Shown: in pieces, positions 41,822-49,447 of the stretch | Layout: the number at the start of each line of letters is the position of its first letter | Position numbering within the stretch: position 1 is the first letter of the stretch | NCBI GenBank assembly: GCA_963736005.1 | Contig: CAVTNB010000001.1 | Span: 1,991,379-2,055,378 of the forward strand | Direction of reading: 5' to 3' | Source of the DNA: an uncultured Pseudomonadota bacterium | GTDB taxonomy: Bacteria; Vulcanimicrobiota; Vulcanimicrobiia; Eremiobacterales; Eremiobacteraceae | DNA: 64,000 nucleotides | Position numbers and translations under genes: made by a program | Notes under the pieces: generated by a model | The model's database searches: none | Told to the model about the DNA's origin: nothing | The model's input: only the letters and a program-made list of their open reading frames with translations

Positions 41822-42436
41822 TTAGATGCGTGTGAGGACGGTGCGCGCGAGCTCTTCCGAAGTCGCAAGACTGTTCGATGAGTGAGCAGCAGTGACGTCC
41901 AATCCGAAGACGATCCCCTGTTTGAGCACGGTCAACTGACCGTTTTTCCAAGCGGCTTTGTCGCCCAACCCGGTGATGTACTCTACATCTTCGGCCGTTC
42001 CGACTGCGCTATTGAACGAGCTCATTCCGGGGATGTAACCAGTCACGGCTTGTACTATCGATAAACACTGCAGCCCCTTGCAACCGGACTTGGCCGCCTG
42101 TGCCGCATCAACGGTCAATAGTACCTGTTGCGTTGGACCTGAAGTGTGCACAACGCTGGCCCACAGGCATTCGTTTGGAGTCGGGCGGGTTGGCGTGCGC
42201 ACCTGATCGATCCCTACGCCGAGGGCGGACGCAACATCCGATTGCCCCAAAAGCGCGCAAGGATCGACCCCTGGGCGTTTCGTGGCGACAGGCGAGACTT
42301 GCGGTGAAGATTGCGGGGAGGGCGCAGCTGACGGCGCGGACGTTGGTGGCGCCTGGGATGCAAAAGCCCTAGGCCCACTTACACAAAGGAGCATCACAAA
42401 CAAAAGAGCGGCGTGAAAGAAGCGGTTCGTCATCAT
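41822..42436 (-). CDS. secreted protein, DUF3558-like
   Basis: Signal peptide ending AFA; DPCALLGQSDVASALG, ECLW, LGDKAAW; resembles 38112-38696. Confidence 0.72.
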   Translation of the reverse strand: MMTNRFFHAALLFVMLLCVSGPRAFASQAPPTSAPSAAPSPQSSPQVSPVATKRPGVDPCALLGQSDVASALGVGIDQVRTPTRPTPNECLWASVVHTSGPTQQVLLTVDAAQAAKSGCKGLQCLSIVQAVTGYIPGMSSFNSAVGTAEDVEYITGLGDKAAWKNGQLTVLKQGIVFGLDVTAAHSSNSLATSEELARTVLTRI

Positions 42437-42448
42437 CGTCTGCCTCAT

Positions 42449-42480
42449 AGCATACGGCCTAGGCGTCCAAGTAGCGTCCA
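42449..42480 (-). promoter_or_regulatory. SARP-type promoter 2
   Basis: TGGACG-CTACT-TGGACG-N9-TATGCT. Confidence 0.8.
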
Positions 42481-42502
42481 GCGAAATCAAGCTTACCAAG
42501 CC

Positions 42503-45500
42503 ATGGCGATCAGTCAGGCTCAGCTCGTGTTCCGCATCTTTCTCTTTGGCCAGCCGCATTTTGCTCTTGGCGATGCGCCATTCAAGTTTGGCGCTCCCCC
42601 GAAGGCACTGCCATTGCTCGCTTATCTGCTCCTCCATGGTCGACCTGTTGCGCGCGAGAAGCTTGCCTTTTGCCTTTGGCCGGATGAAAGTGAAGAGAAC
42701 GCGCTCTCAAACTTGCGCCGCCACCTCAACCACTTGAAAAAGGCGCTCCCAGCTCTTGGGGGCGCCCCTTGGGTTCTCTCAACCGACGATACCGTCGAAT
42801 GGAATTCCGCCTCGGATGCTTGGATCGACGTCGCTGAATTTATCCGCCTCTCCGATGCCCAAGAGAGTCGGGCGCAAGCCGTCAACCTCTACGCTGGGGA
42901 TTTACTGGAGAATCTCTACGATGATTGGATTCTGTCGTGGCGAGAACGCCTTCGCGCAAAGTATCTCGAGACGCTGAACGCGCTCGTCCTCGAACAACGT
43001 AGCCGGCGCAACTTTGCCGCCGCTGGCAAGTACCTTCACAGCCTCCTCACCATCGATCCCTGGCGCGAGGACGCCGTGCGCCATTTGATGGCAGTCAATT
43101 ACGAGCGGGGCGACCGCGCGGGCGCGCTTCGTACCTACGCTGATTTCGCGCGCCGGCTGAGTGACGAGATGGGTGTCGAACCGATGCCTGAAACCGTGGC
43201 AGTACGCGACGGTATTCTCCGCAACGCTCCGCTCGGTGCTGCCCGCGAAGGACTTGCGGTCGCGGAGCGAACGCCGTCCGGCACGCTCGCCGACCCAGCG
43301 TTGCCCTTTGTCGGGCGCGACCATGAAATGGAACAATTGCGCGCGATCTGGACCCGAACCGCGCGCAACTTCGGCACGACCGTGTTCATCGGCGGTGAGG
43401 CCGGGATCGGCAAGACTCGACTCACCGAGGAGCTGCGGCTCATCGCCGAAAGCGAGGGCGCGCGGGTTATTGTTGGCACGACATCAAGCCCCGAGGCATA
43501 TCCGTATCAGGCGTTCGCCGAAGCCCTCCGATCGGCTCACGCGCTCGTCATGTCGCTCGATTTGCCGACCGCCCATCTCGCGTCTCTCGCAAGGATCGTT
43601 CCAACCTTTGGCGCCGGACCTGCAGAAACAGCAAGCCCGCCTTTGCTTGACCCCGATCGCGACCACAGCAAACTCTTGGGCGCACTCGAACGAGGTCTTA
43701 CGAGTCTCGCTCGAGCCCGACCTGTGCTTTTGGTGTTGGAAGACCTCCATTGGGCCGGCCCAGCGACCATTGCCGCACTCGAATTTGTTGCGCACCGAAT
43801 CGCCACTTCATCGTTGCTTATCGTGGCAACGTATCGCAGCGATGAACTAATGCCCCCGCATGCGCTGTTGAGCCTTCGCCGTGCCCTACTCGAACAACAT
43901 CGGGCTACCGCCGTGGGAGTCGGACAATTGTCAAGCGCCGCAGTGAGCGAACTCGTGCACCAAGTCCCCGAACTGTCCGCTCGCGCAGGCGACGACATCG
44001 CATCAACGCTCTACACGGAAAGCGAAGGCAATCCACTACTCTTGCTGCACATCGTCCGAACCATCGTTGAATCGCCGCTCGGGCTTGGCGCCCATTCTCC
44101 TTCGGGACCCGCGGAGATCCGTGCGACCCTTACGGAACGTATCGAACGCCTGCCCGCCGCGGCTCGAACCCTTGCGGAAATCGCGGCTGTCGGCGGTCGA
44201 TCGTTCGATGTCGATGTCGTGCGCGGTGTCAGCGGTTGGGAGGAGGCCGATCTCTTCGATGCGCTCGGGGTGCTGCTCGATCGCCACTTCGTGAAAGAGT
44301 TGTCGTCCGGCCAGCGTTTCTCATATGGTTTTACTCACCATCTCGTTCAAGCAACCTTGTATGACGGTGTGCCCGCCGAAGCGCGAGTTCAGCGCCATCG
44401 GCGCTTCGGGCGCGTCATGGAGGAAAGCCAAGCCGACCCCAACCGCGCGCTTGCAGGCGATATCGCTCGCCACTACGACCTCGGAGGGGAAGGCGGTAAG
44501 GCGGCGCGATGGTACCTTGTAGCCGGTCAACAGGCAGCATCGGTGCATGCGCTCGACGACGCACTGCGTCACCTCACGCGCGGAGTCGACATTGCTGATG
44601 ATGCGAGCATGCGCGTGGCGTTGCACTTGCAGCGCGAAAATGTACAGGCGAGGCGCGGCGACCGTGAGGGACAACGAGCCGACCTGGAGACGCTTAGCCA
44701 ACTTGCTGCGGCAACTTCAAACGAGGACCTTGTCGGCGAAGTGTTGTTCCGCAAGTCGCGGCTCGCAAACGTTCTCGGTGAGCGCGAGGAAGAGTCGCGA
44801 TTCGTGGATGACTTGCAAGCGCACGCTCAGACAACGGGCAACTTGCGCCAGGTTGCGCAAGCACAATATGCCGCGGCATCTCTCGCTGCCCTGCTTGATC
44901 AGTATGATGACGCGCGCACGTCCGCGCTCAATGCACTCGACATCTGGAAACGCTTGGGTTGCATTCCCGAGCAAGTCGAATGCTTATGCCTGCTCGCCCA
45001 TATCGCGCTGCATCGGGGGGCCATCGCAGATTCGGAGCCGTTTATCCAACAAGCGCGGGCGCTCGCGGAAAGCGTCGGCAGACCCGAACTCGCTGCCTTT
45101 GTCTTTTGGACTGCGGCCGGTTCTGCTCTCGCCCGGCATCAATTTACCGCCTGCATCGACCTCTGCAAGAACGCAGCACAGCTCTATCGTGCGGTCGGTG
45201 ATCGCGAGGGCGAGGCAGATGCCGCCGCGCGTGAGGCGAGCGCGCTCTCGAGATTGGAACGGTATGAGGATGCCCTAAGCGCCAACGAATCCGCAGCACG
45301 TATCTTCGAAGCAATCGGGAAACGCCAGGGGCTGGCCACCACGCAGGTTAACGCGGCCGTCATTTCGCTGCGGTTGGGCGATCTTGACAAAGCATGCGAG
45401 CTGTTGGAGTCCGCCGGCGGCTATTTCTCGGCGATGCTTGACGTTCGGGGCGAGGTGGTTTGCGAATTGAACACCGCTTTCGCCCGCTTAGTGGGTGGCG

Positions 45501-46024
45501 ACGCAACCGAGGCAAAGAGCGGCGCGCAGCGCGTGCTGAATAAGACGCGTGCCATCGGCCTGCGGGCGATGGAGGCTCAAGCCCTTGCCACGCTTGGCGC
45601 AGCAGAGCGGGAGCTCGGCGAGATCGATGCCGCGATCGACCACATGCACGAAGGACTCGCAATCGAGCGCGCGCTCGACCGAACATCCGACATCCCTAAC
45701 GATCTCGCAGACTTGACGCTTGCATACTTGCGCAAGGGCGATCTCGCAGCTGCGAAGCTCACAACTGATGAGCTCTTGCGCACGGCCGAAATGTCGGCAG
45801 CCGGCGCGCTGTGGCCGCATTGTCTGTACTGGGTCGCTGCGCGCACTTTTCATAAGGCTAGAGATTCCAAGCGAGCGGCTGCGTTGCTGGAGCGCGCATC
45901 CACGCTTTACCGAGCTGCGCTCGATTCGATTGCGGAATCTGCCACGAGGGCGAGGTTCGCCAAACTCTCGTTCAATCGCGAAATCGAAACTGCGGTGACC
46001 CGCGGCCGCTGGCCCAAAGACTAA
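42503..46024 (+). CDS. SARP-like wHTH-BTAD / STAND ATPase / TPR transcriptional regulator
   Basis: LLAYLLL..REKLAFCLWPD, BTAD (LYAGDLL, DPWREDAVRHLM), Walker A GEAGIGKT, Walker B LLVLEDLHWA, GNPL, long TPR-like C-terminus. Confidence 0.92.
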   Translation: MAISQAQLVFRIFLFGQPHFALGDAPFKFGAPPKALPLLAYLLLHGRPVAREKLAFCLWPDESEENALSNLRRHLNHLKKALPALGGAPWVLSTDDTVEWNSASDAWIDVAEFIRLSDAQESRAQAVNLYAGDLLENLYDDWILSWRERLRAKYLETLNALVLEQRSRRNFAAAGKYLHSLLTIDPWREDAVRHLMAVNYERGDRAGALRTYADFARRLSDEMGVEPMPETVAVRDGILRNAPLGAAREGLAVAERTPSGTLADPALPFVGRDHEMEQLRAIWTRTARNFGTTVFIGGEAGIGKTRLTEELRLIAESEGARVIVGTTSSPEAYPYQAFAEALRSAHALVMSLDLPTAHLASLARIVPTFGAGPAETASPPLLDPDRDHSKLLGALERGLTSLARARPVLLVLEDLHWAGPATIAALEFVAHRIATSSLLIVATYRSDELMPPHALLSLRRALLEQHRATAVGVGQLSSAAVSELVHQVPELSARAGDDIASTLYTESEGNPLLLLHIVRTIVESPLGLGAHSPSGPAEIRATLTERIERLPAAARTLAEIAAVGGRSFDVDVVRGVSGWEEADLFDALGVLLDRHFVKELSSGQRFSYGFTHHLVQATLYDGVPAEARVQRHRRFGRVMEESQADPNRALAGDIARHYDLGGEGGKAARWYLVAGQQAASVHALDDALRHLTRGVDIADDASMRVALHLQRENVQARRGDREGQRADLETLSQLAAATSNEDLVGEVLFRKSRLANVLGEREEESRFVDDLQAHAQTTGNLRQVAQAQYAAASLAALLDQYDDARTSALNALDIWKRLGCIPEQVECLCLLAHIALHRGAIADSEPFIQQARALAESVGRPELAAFVFWTAAGSALARHQFTACIDLCKNAAQLYRAVGDREGEADAAAREASALSRLERYEDALSANESAARIFEAIGKRQGLATTQVNAAVISLRLGDLDKACELLESAGGYFSAMLDVRGEVVCELNTAFARLVGGDATEAKSGAQRVLNKTRAIGLRAMEAQALATLGAAERELGEIDAAIDHMHEGLAIERALDRTSDIPNDLADLTLAYLRKGDLAAAKLTTDELLRTAEMSAAGALWPHCLYWVAARTFHKARDSKRAAALLERASTLYRAALDSIAESATRARFAKLSFNREIETAVTRGRWPKD

Positions 46025-46045
46025 CCTCGAACTCTTGTGATCGCC

Positions 46046-46077
46046 TGGACGCCCGATGGACGGCGGCTTGATACCAT
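46046..46077 (+). promoter_or_regulatory. SARP-type promoter 3
   Basis: TGGACG-CCCGA-TGGACG-N9-TACCAT. Confidence 0.8.
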
Positions 46078-46112
46078 GGTGGCGCACATGAAGCTACTGT
46101 GGGGAAGTTACG

Positions 46113-46322
46113 GTGGGTGAGGATCGCGCGAACTCTCGCCAGGAGCATGCGTTCGTCGTTCGAGTGTGGCGCGAAGAAGGCGGCCTTTCGAGTTCCTGGC
46201 GGGGATCTGTGGAACATGTCGGCACCCGTCACCGCAGATACTTTGGGGACTTGGCCGAAGTTCTCCATTTCATCCGTCAGCACGCTGCAGCCCAGGCGGC
46301 ACAGAAGGATCAACAAAGGTAG
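46113..46322 (+). CDS. small hypothetical protein (69 aa)
   Basis: AFVVRVWRE...WRGSVEHV..RRYFGDLAEVLHFI; protein-like pattern, preceded by promoter 3. Confidence 0.72.
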   Translation: MGEDRANSRQEHAFVVRVWREEGGLSSSWRGSVEHVGTRHRRYFGDLAEVLHFIRQHAAAQAAQKDQQR

Positions 46323-46451
46323 CAGCGGACCATGTAGCAGCGGACCTTTAGGTCCGCTCGACGCCCATGTAGCAGCGGACCTTTAGGTCCGCTCGCAGTG
46401 TAGTCGATTTATTCGCGCGTAAGTATGTAGCGGGCGACGGTCAAGTCGCCC
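46318..46451 (+). repeat. mixed REP cluster (A half, A, A, truncated C, D)
   Basis: GTAG-headed units at 46319, 46333, 46368, 46398, 46426. Confidence 0.9.
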
Positions 46452-46560
46452 TTCGCTCATTACGCTCCTCCAGCTGTCTTCGACCGACGGCGATCATGAG
46501 GCGCTTGTGATGCCCCTTCGCGACCTCTTGAAGCTCGTCGCCAATTCGCGCCGGAGCTTT

Positions 46561-46589
46561 GACCCCCCGCAAACCGGGGGTTGGCTACA
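46561..46589 (-). repeat. possible fifth GTAG-hairpin type (or terminator) at the RES stop
   Basis: TGTAG-CCAA-CCCCCG-GTTTG-CGGGGG; single copy in window. Confidence 0.4.
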
Positions 46590-47151
46590 TAATTTGCCGG
46601 CCCACGATTTTGGCCGCTACAGCAACTGCCGGGTTCCCCACGGTTAACGGAACCACCTCAACCACATGCAAAGCTGTGCGCGTCCAAAGACCAATACTGG
46701 ACCAACGCCCTTCATAATACGACCACCAACGCACCCCCACCCAACCGGTCGTCCTCGCTGCCTTGAATATTTTCAACGCCCAAGATTGCGTGATGGCGTA
46801 ATCGCGGGTGATGACCGTTGACGGGCGTAGCTGATGCGCAAGCAACTGACGTGGGTCATCCAGATCGCAGATCAGCGCAAGACCAGGCAAGGCATATCTG
46901 GCGAGCGCTCGTATGCTGCCAGGCAGAAGCGGAGTTCCGCGCATGGTGGCTGTTGTCCAGACCGCTGATGGAATCGGAGCCAGTGATTCAGCAACCGCAG
47001 CTTCAGGCTCGCTCGACACGTAGAGGACGTCGTAGTGCTCGGGGTTGTCGAGGCGCCCAGCTCCTTGTGGTGAAATAAAAAGAGCGCCCCCGGGTTTGTG
47101 TGCGGGAACGCCTTCGAGATAACTAAAGACCCGGTAGAGGCTCACGGGCAT
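46585..47151 (-). CDS. RES domain toxin
   Basis: GRLD, LYVSSEPEAAVAE, GVRWWS giving the R, E, S residues. Confidence 0.88.
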   Translation of the reverse strand: MPVSLYRVFSYLEGVPAHKPGGALFISPQGAGRLDNPEHYDVLYVSSEPEAAVAESLAPIPSAVWTTATMRGTPLLPGSIRALARYALPGLALICDLDDPRQLLAHQLRPSTVITRDYAITQSWALKIFKAARTTGWVGVRWWSYYEGRWSSIGLWTRTALHVVEVVPLTVGNPAVAVAAKIVGRQIM

Positions 47152-47156
47152 CCGCG

Positions 47157-47585
47157 CTACACAAATGCCCCGGCGGCGATTTGGTCAAGCGCAGCAATCA
47201 CCGGCGCGGCGCCTCGGGTGACCAGCACGTCGATGGGCCGTGCGCCGTGCAAGAACGGTTGCGGAAAAGTGAGAAACGCGCCTGCTTCATCAGGGTGAAA
47301 CACTTGCAAAGCCCTGCTCAGAACGTAGTCGAGGTCCGAAACTCGACGAGCGCTCTCTGCCCCGATCGGTTCACCGTGCAGCCAACGCGATGCTTGAGAG
47401 TTGGAAACACCGAGAATCTGTGCCGTCTGATTGTTCCCGAGCAATTTGACGAGATGGCGCAGTGCTGCTTGAACGGGGCGGTAGTCAATCAGCGGGCTAA
47501 CACCCCGGACCTTAATCTGCTGGATCGCTGTACGCCAAGATCTGGTCGGAGATCGCCGCCGAGCCTGTGATTGTCTCGATTTCAT
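47157..47585 (-). CDS. Xre/MbcA/ParS-type antitoxin
   Basis: HTH TAQILGVSNSQASRW; C-terminal FLTFPQPFLHGARPIDVL...GAFV. Confidence 0.88.
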   Translation of the reverse strand: MKSRQSQARRRSPTRSWRTAIQQIKVRGVSPLIDYRPVQAALRHLVKLLGNNQTAQILGVSNSQASRWLHGEPIGAESARRVSDLDYVLSRALQVFHPDEAGAFLTFPQPFLHGARPIDVLVTRGAAPVIAALDQIAAGAFV

Positions 47586-47591
47586 GCACAC

Positions 47592-47621
47592 ATGTTACCA
47601 CAACAGAAACTGTTGCGTCAA
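47592..47621 (-). promoter_or_regulatory. RES-Xre promoter with operator in spacer
   Basis: TTGACG-N18-TAACAT; CAACAG-N3-CTGTTG palindrome 47601-47615; ATG 6 nt after -10. Confidence 0.7.
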
Positions 47622-47694
47622 TCTTCAAGGTCTCTGAACGTGCCAATTCGCGAACTTGGCCGAATTCTGAAGAGTCTACTCGCGCGTGCCCATT

Positions 47695-47787
47695 TAGCAG
47701 CAGATCTGTAGCGGGCGACTGTCAAGTCGCCCATATAGCAGCGGACCATGTAGCGGACCTTTGTAGTAGCGGACCTTTAGGTCCGCT
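47695..47787 (+). repeat. mixed REP cluster (A halves, D, A)
   Basis: D at 47707-47732, A at 47762-47787, partial A units between. Confidence 0.88.
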
Positions 47788-47806
47788 CGAAGAACCCGCG
47801 CCTCGA

Positions 47807-48289
47807 ATGACCACCACCATTCGTCTGGCTCGCAATGACGACTTGGGCTTCATCGATGCGCTTGGCTTGCAGACGGCGCTCGACACCGTGTCACCCGTGC
47901 GCGGGCTGACCCGTAGTGCCGCGGAGCACGCCTATCAGCGGCTCGTCTCTTTTTGTCGCGAACGCGCGGGCACCGTGACCTTTGTGGGTGAGAGGGATAA
48001 CCAGCGGGCGGGATTCCTCATGCTTGTCACGGACCTACCTGACGACATCTCGCAAAGACCGCAGGCGTTCATCGCGTATGTCGCCGTGGCCGAGGAGCAT
48101 CGCGATCACGGCGTTGGACGTGCTTTGATCAAAGCAGCCATTGCAGAGGGTCTGCGCCGCAGGCTGCCGCACGTCAGTCTCATGGTGAGCGCTGAGAACC
48201 CGACCGCGCGATTGCTCTACGAGAGCGAGGGATTTTTGCCCGAGCGTCTTCTCATGACGAAGGGCCTCGACCAGGGATCAGCTCCATGA
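47807..48289 (+). CDS. GNAT family N-acetyltransferase
   Basis: IAYVAVAEEHRDHGVGRALI, NPTARLLYESEGF. Confidence 0.9.
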   Translation: MTTTIRLARNDDLGFIDALGLQTALDTVSPVRGLTRSAAEHAYQRLVSFCRERAGTVTFVGERDNQRAGFLMLVTDLPDDISQRPQAFIAYVAVAEEHRDHGVGRALIKAAIAEGLRRRLPHVSLMVSAENPTARLLYESEGFLPERLLMTKGLDQGSAP

Positions 48290-49395
48290 GCGACCGTACG
48301 GCAGCTCCTCCCGGCTGGCGGGGCATTGTGCGCCCGGCAGTGATCATTCTCGCGCTCATGCTGTGCGTGTTCGTGGCGCTTCGCATCCCAATGACCATCG
48401 AGGTCTTCATCGTCGCAACGCTCATCGCGTACGGCGTGAATCCGATCATCCGTTTTCTGTCAAAAAGGATGCCAAGGCTCGTTGCCATCGTTATTGTCTA
48501 TGCGCTGTTCTTGCTGATCCTGCTCATCGGAGCGGCCATCGTCGTGCCCACGGTTATCGAACAAATCCAAACGCTCATTGCCAGTAGCAGCGACTATCTC
48601 AGCGCGACGCAGACCTTCATTAATAACGAACAGGCGTGGATCAATAAGCACTTCGGTGCGCACATGCTTCCGCCGCAGTTCAACAATCTTGAGGACGCGA
48701 TGCTCAATCAGCTCTCTAACGGCATGCAGGCCGGGCTGACAAAGGTCGGAGGCTTCGTCGTCTCGGTGGCCAGTGCGGTGGTCATCGGCGTTACCGCCAT
48801 TATTCTCTCGTATTATCTCTTGGTCAACGCCTACTCGATTCGGCAAACGTTCTTGGATCTTTTCCCGCAGCGGTCAGAGCGCAAAGCAGAGCGGTTCGTG
48901 CATGAAGTGCAGCGAGTTTTCGGCGGCTTTGTCGGCGGGCAGATCATCCTGTGCGCGTTTTGCGGCATCTTTACGTTCTTGGGACTTGAGATCATCCAAT
49001 CACAATATGCGCTGCTGCTCGCGGTCCTCACCGGCCTCTTGTATGCCATTCCCTATTTGGGCGTGTTTGCCGCAATTCTCATCGGGGTATTGCTCGGGCT
49101 GCTGCAATCGTGGGAGGTGGCAATCTGGACGGCCGCCATCATGTTCGTGGTGACGAAGATTGCTGATACGTTCCTTGTTCCAAAGGTAATGTCCGAAAGC
49201 GTCGGCGTGTCGCCAATGGGCATAATCTTCGCTGCGTTTGCCGGAGGGGAGTTATTCGGCTTATGGGGTTTGCTGCTCGCAATCCCCGCCGCCGCGCTTT
49301 TCAAGGCCCTATGGGTGGTGTGGATTTACCCGTGGCTGACCGGCAAAGAATTGCCACCAACTCTTCCTGAAAAAAATGTAGCAGCGGATCTGTAG
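48286..49395 (+). CDS. AI-2E family transporter
   Basis: IAYGVNP, IPYLG, LVPKVMSESVGVSP, FGLWGLLLAIP. Confidence 0.92.
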   Translation: MSDRTAAPPGWRGIVRPAVIILALMLCVFVALRIPMTIEVFIVATLIAYGVNPIIRFLSKRMPRLVAIVIVYALFLLILLIGAAIVVPTVIEQIQTLIASSSDYLSATQTFINNEQAWINKHFGAHMLPPQFNNLEDAMLNQLSNGMQAGLTKVGGFVVSVASAVVIGVTAIILSYYLLVNAYSIRQTFLDLFPQRSERKAERFVHEVQRVFGGFVGGQIILCAFCGIFTFLGLEIIQSQYALLLAVLTGLLYAIPYLGVFAAILIGVLLGLLQSWEVAIWTAAIMFVVTKIADTFLVPKVMSESVGVSPMGIIFAAFAGGELFGLWGLLLAIPAAALFKALWVVWIYPWLTGKELPPTLPEKNVAADL

Positions 49396-49447
49396 CGGGC
49401 GACTGTCAAGTCGCCCAAACAGTCACGAATAAATTCGTGACACTACA
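49377..49447. repeat. REP cluster between convergent genes (A half, D, inverted C)
   Basis: Both flanking stop codons are the TAG of a TGTAG tag. Confidence 0.88.

Noticed and set aside
41748..46077. TGGACG as an ordinary -35 box
   Set aside because: Distances to -10 are 9 and 20 nt, not 16-18, and the hexamer is duplicated at 11-bp period at all three sites.
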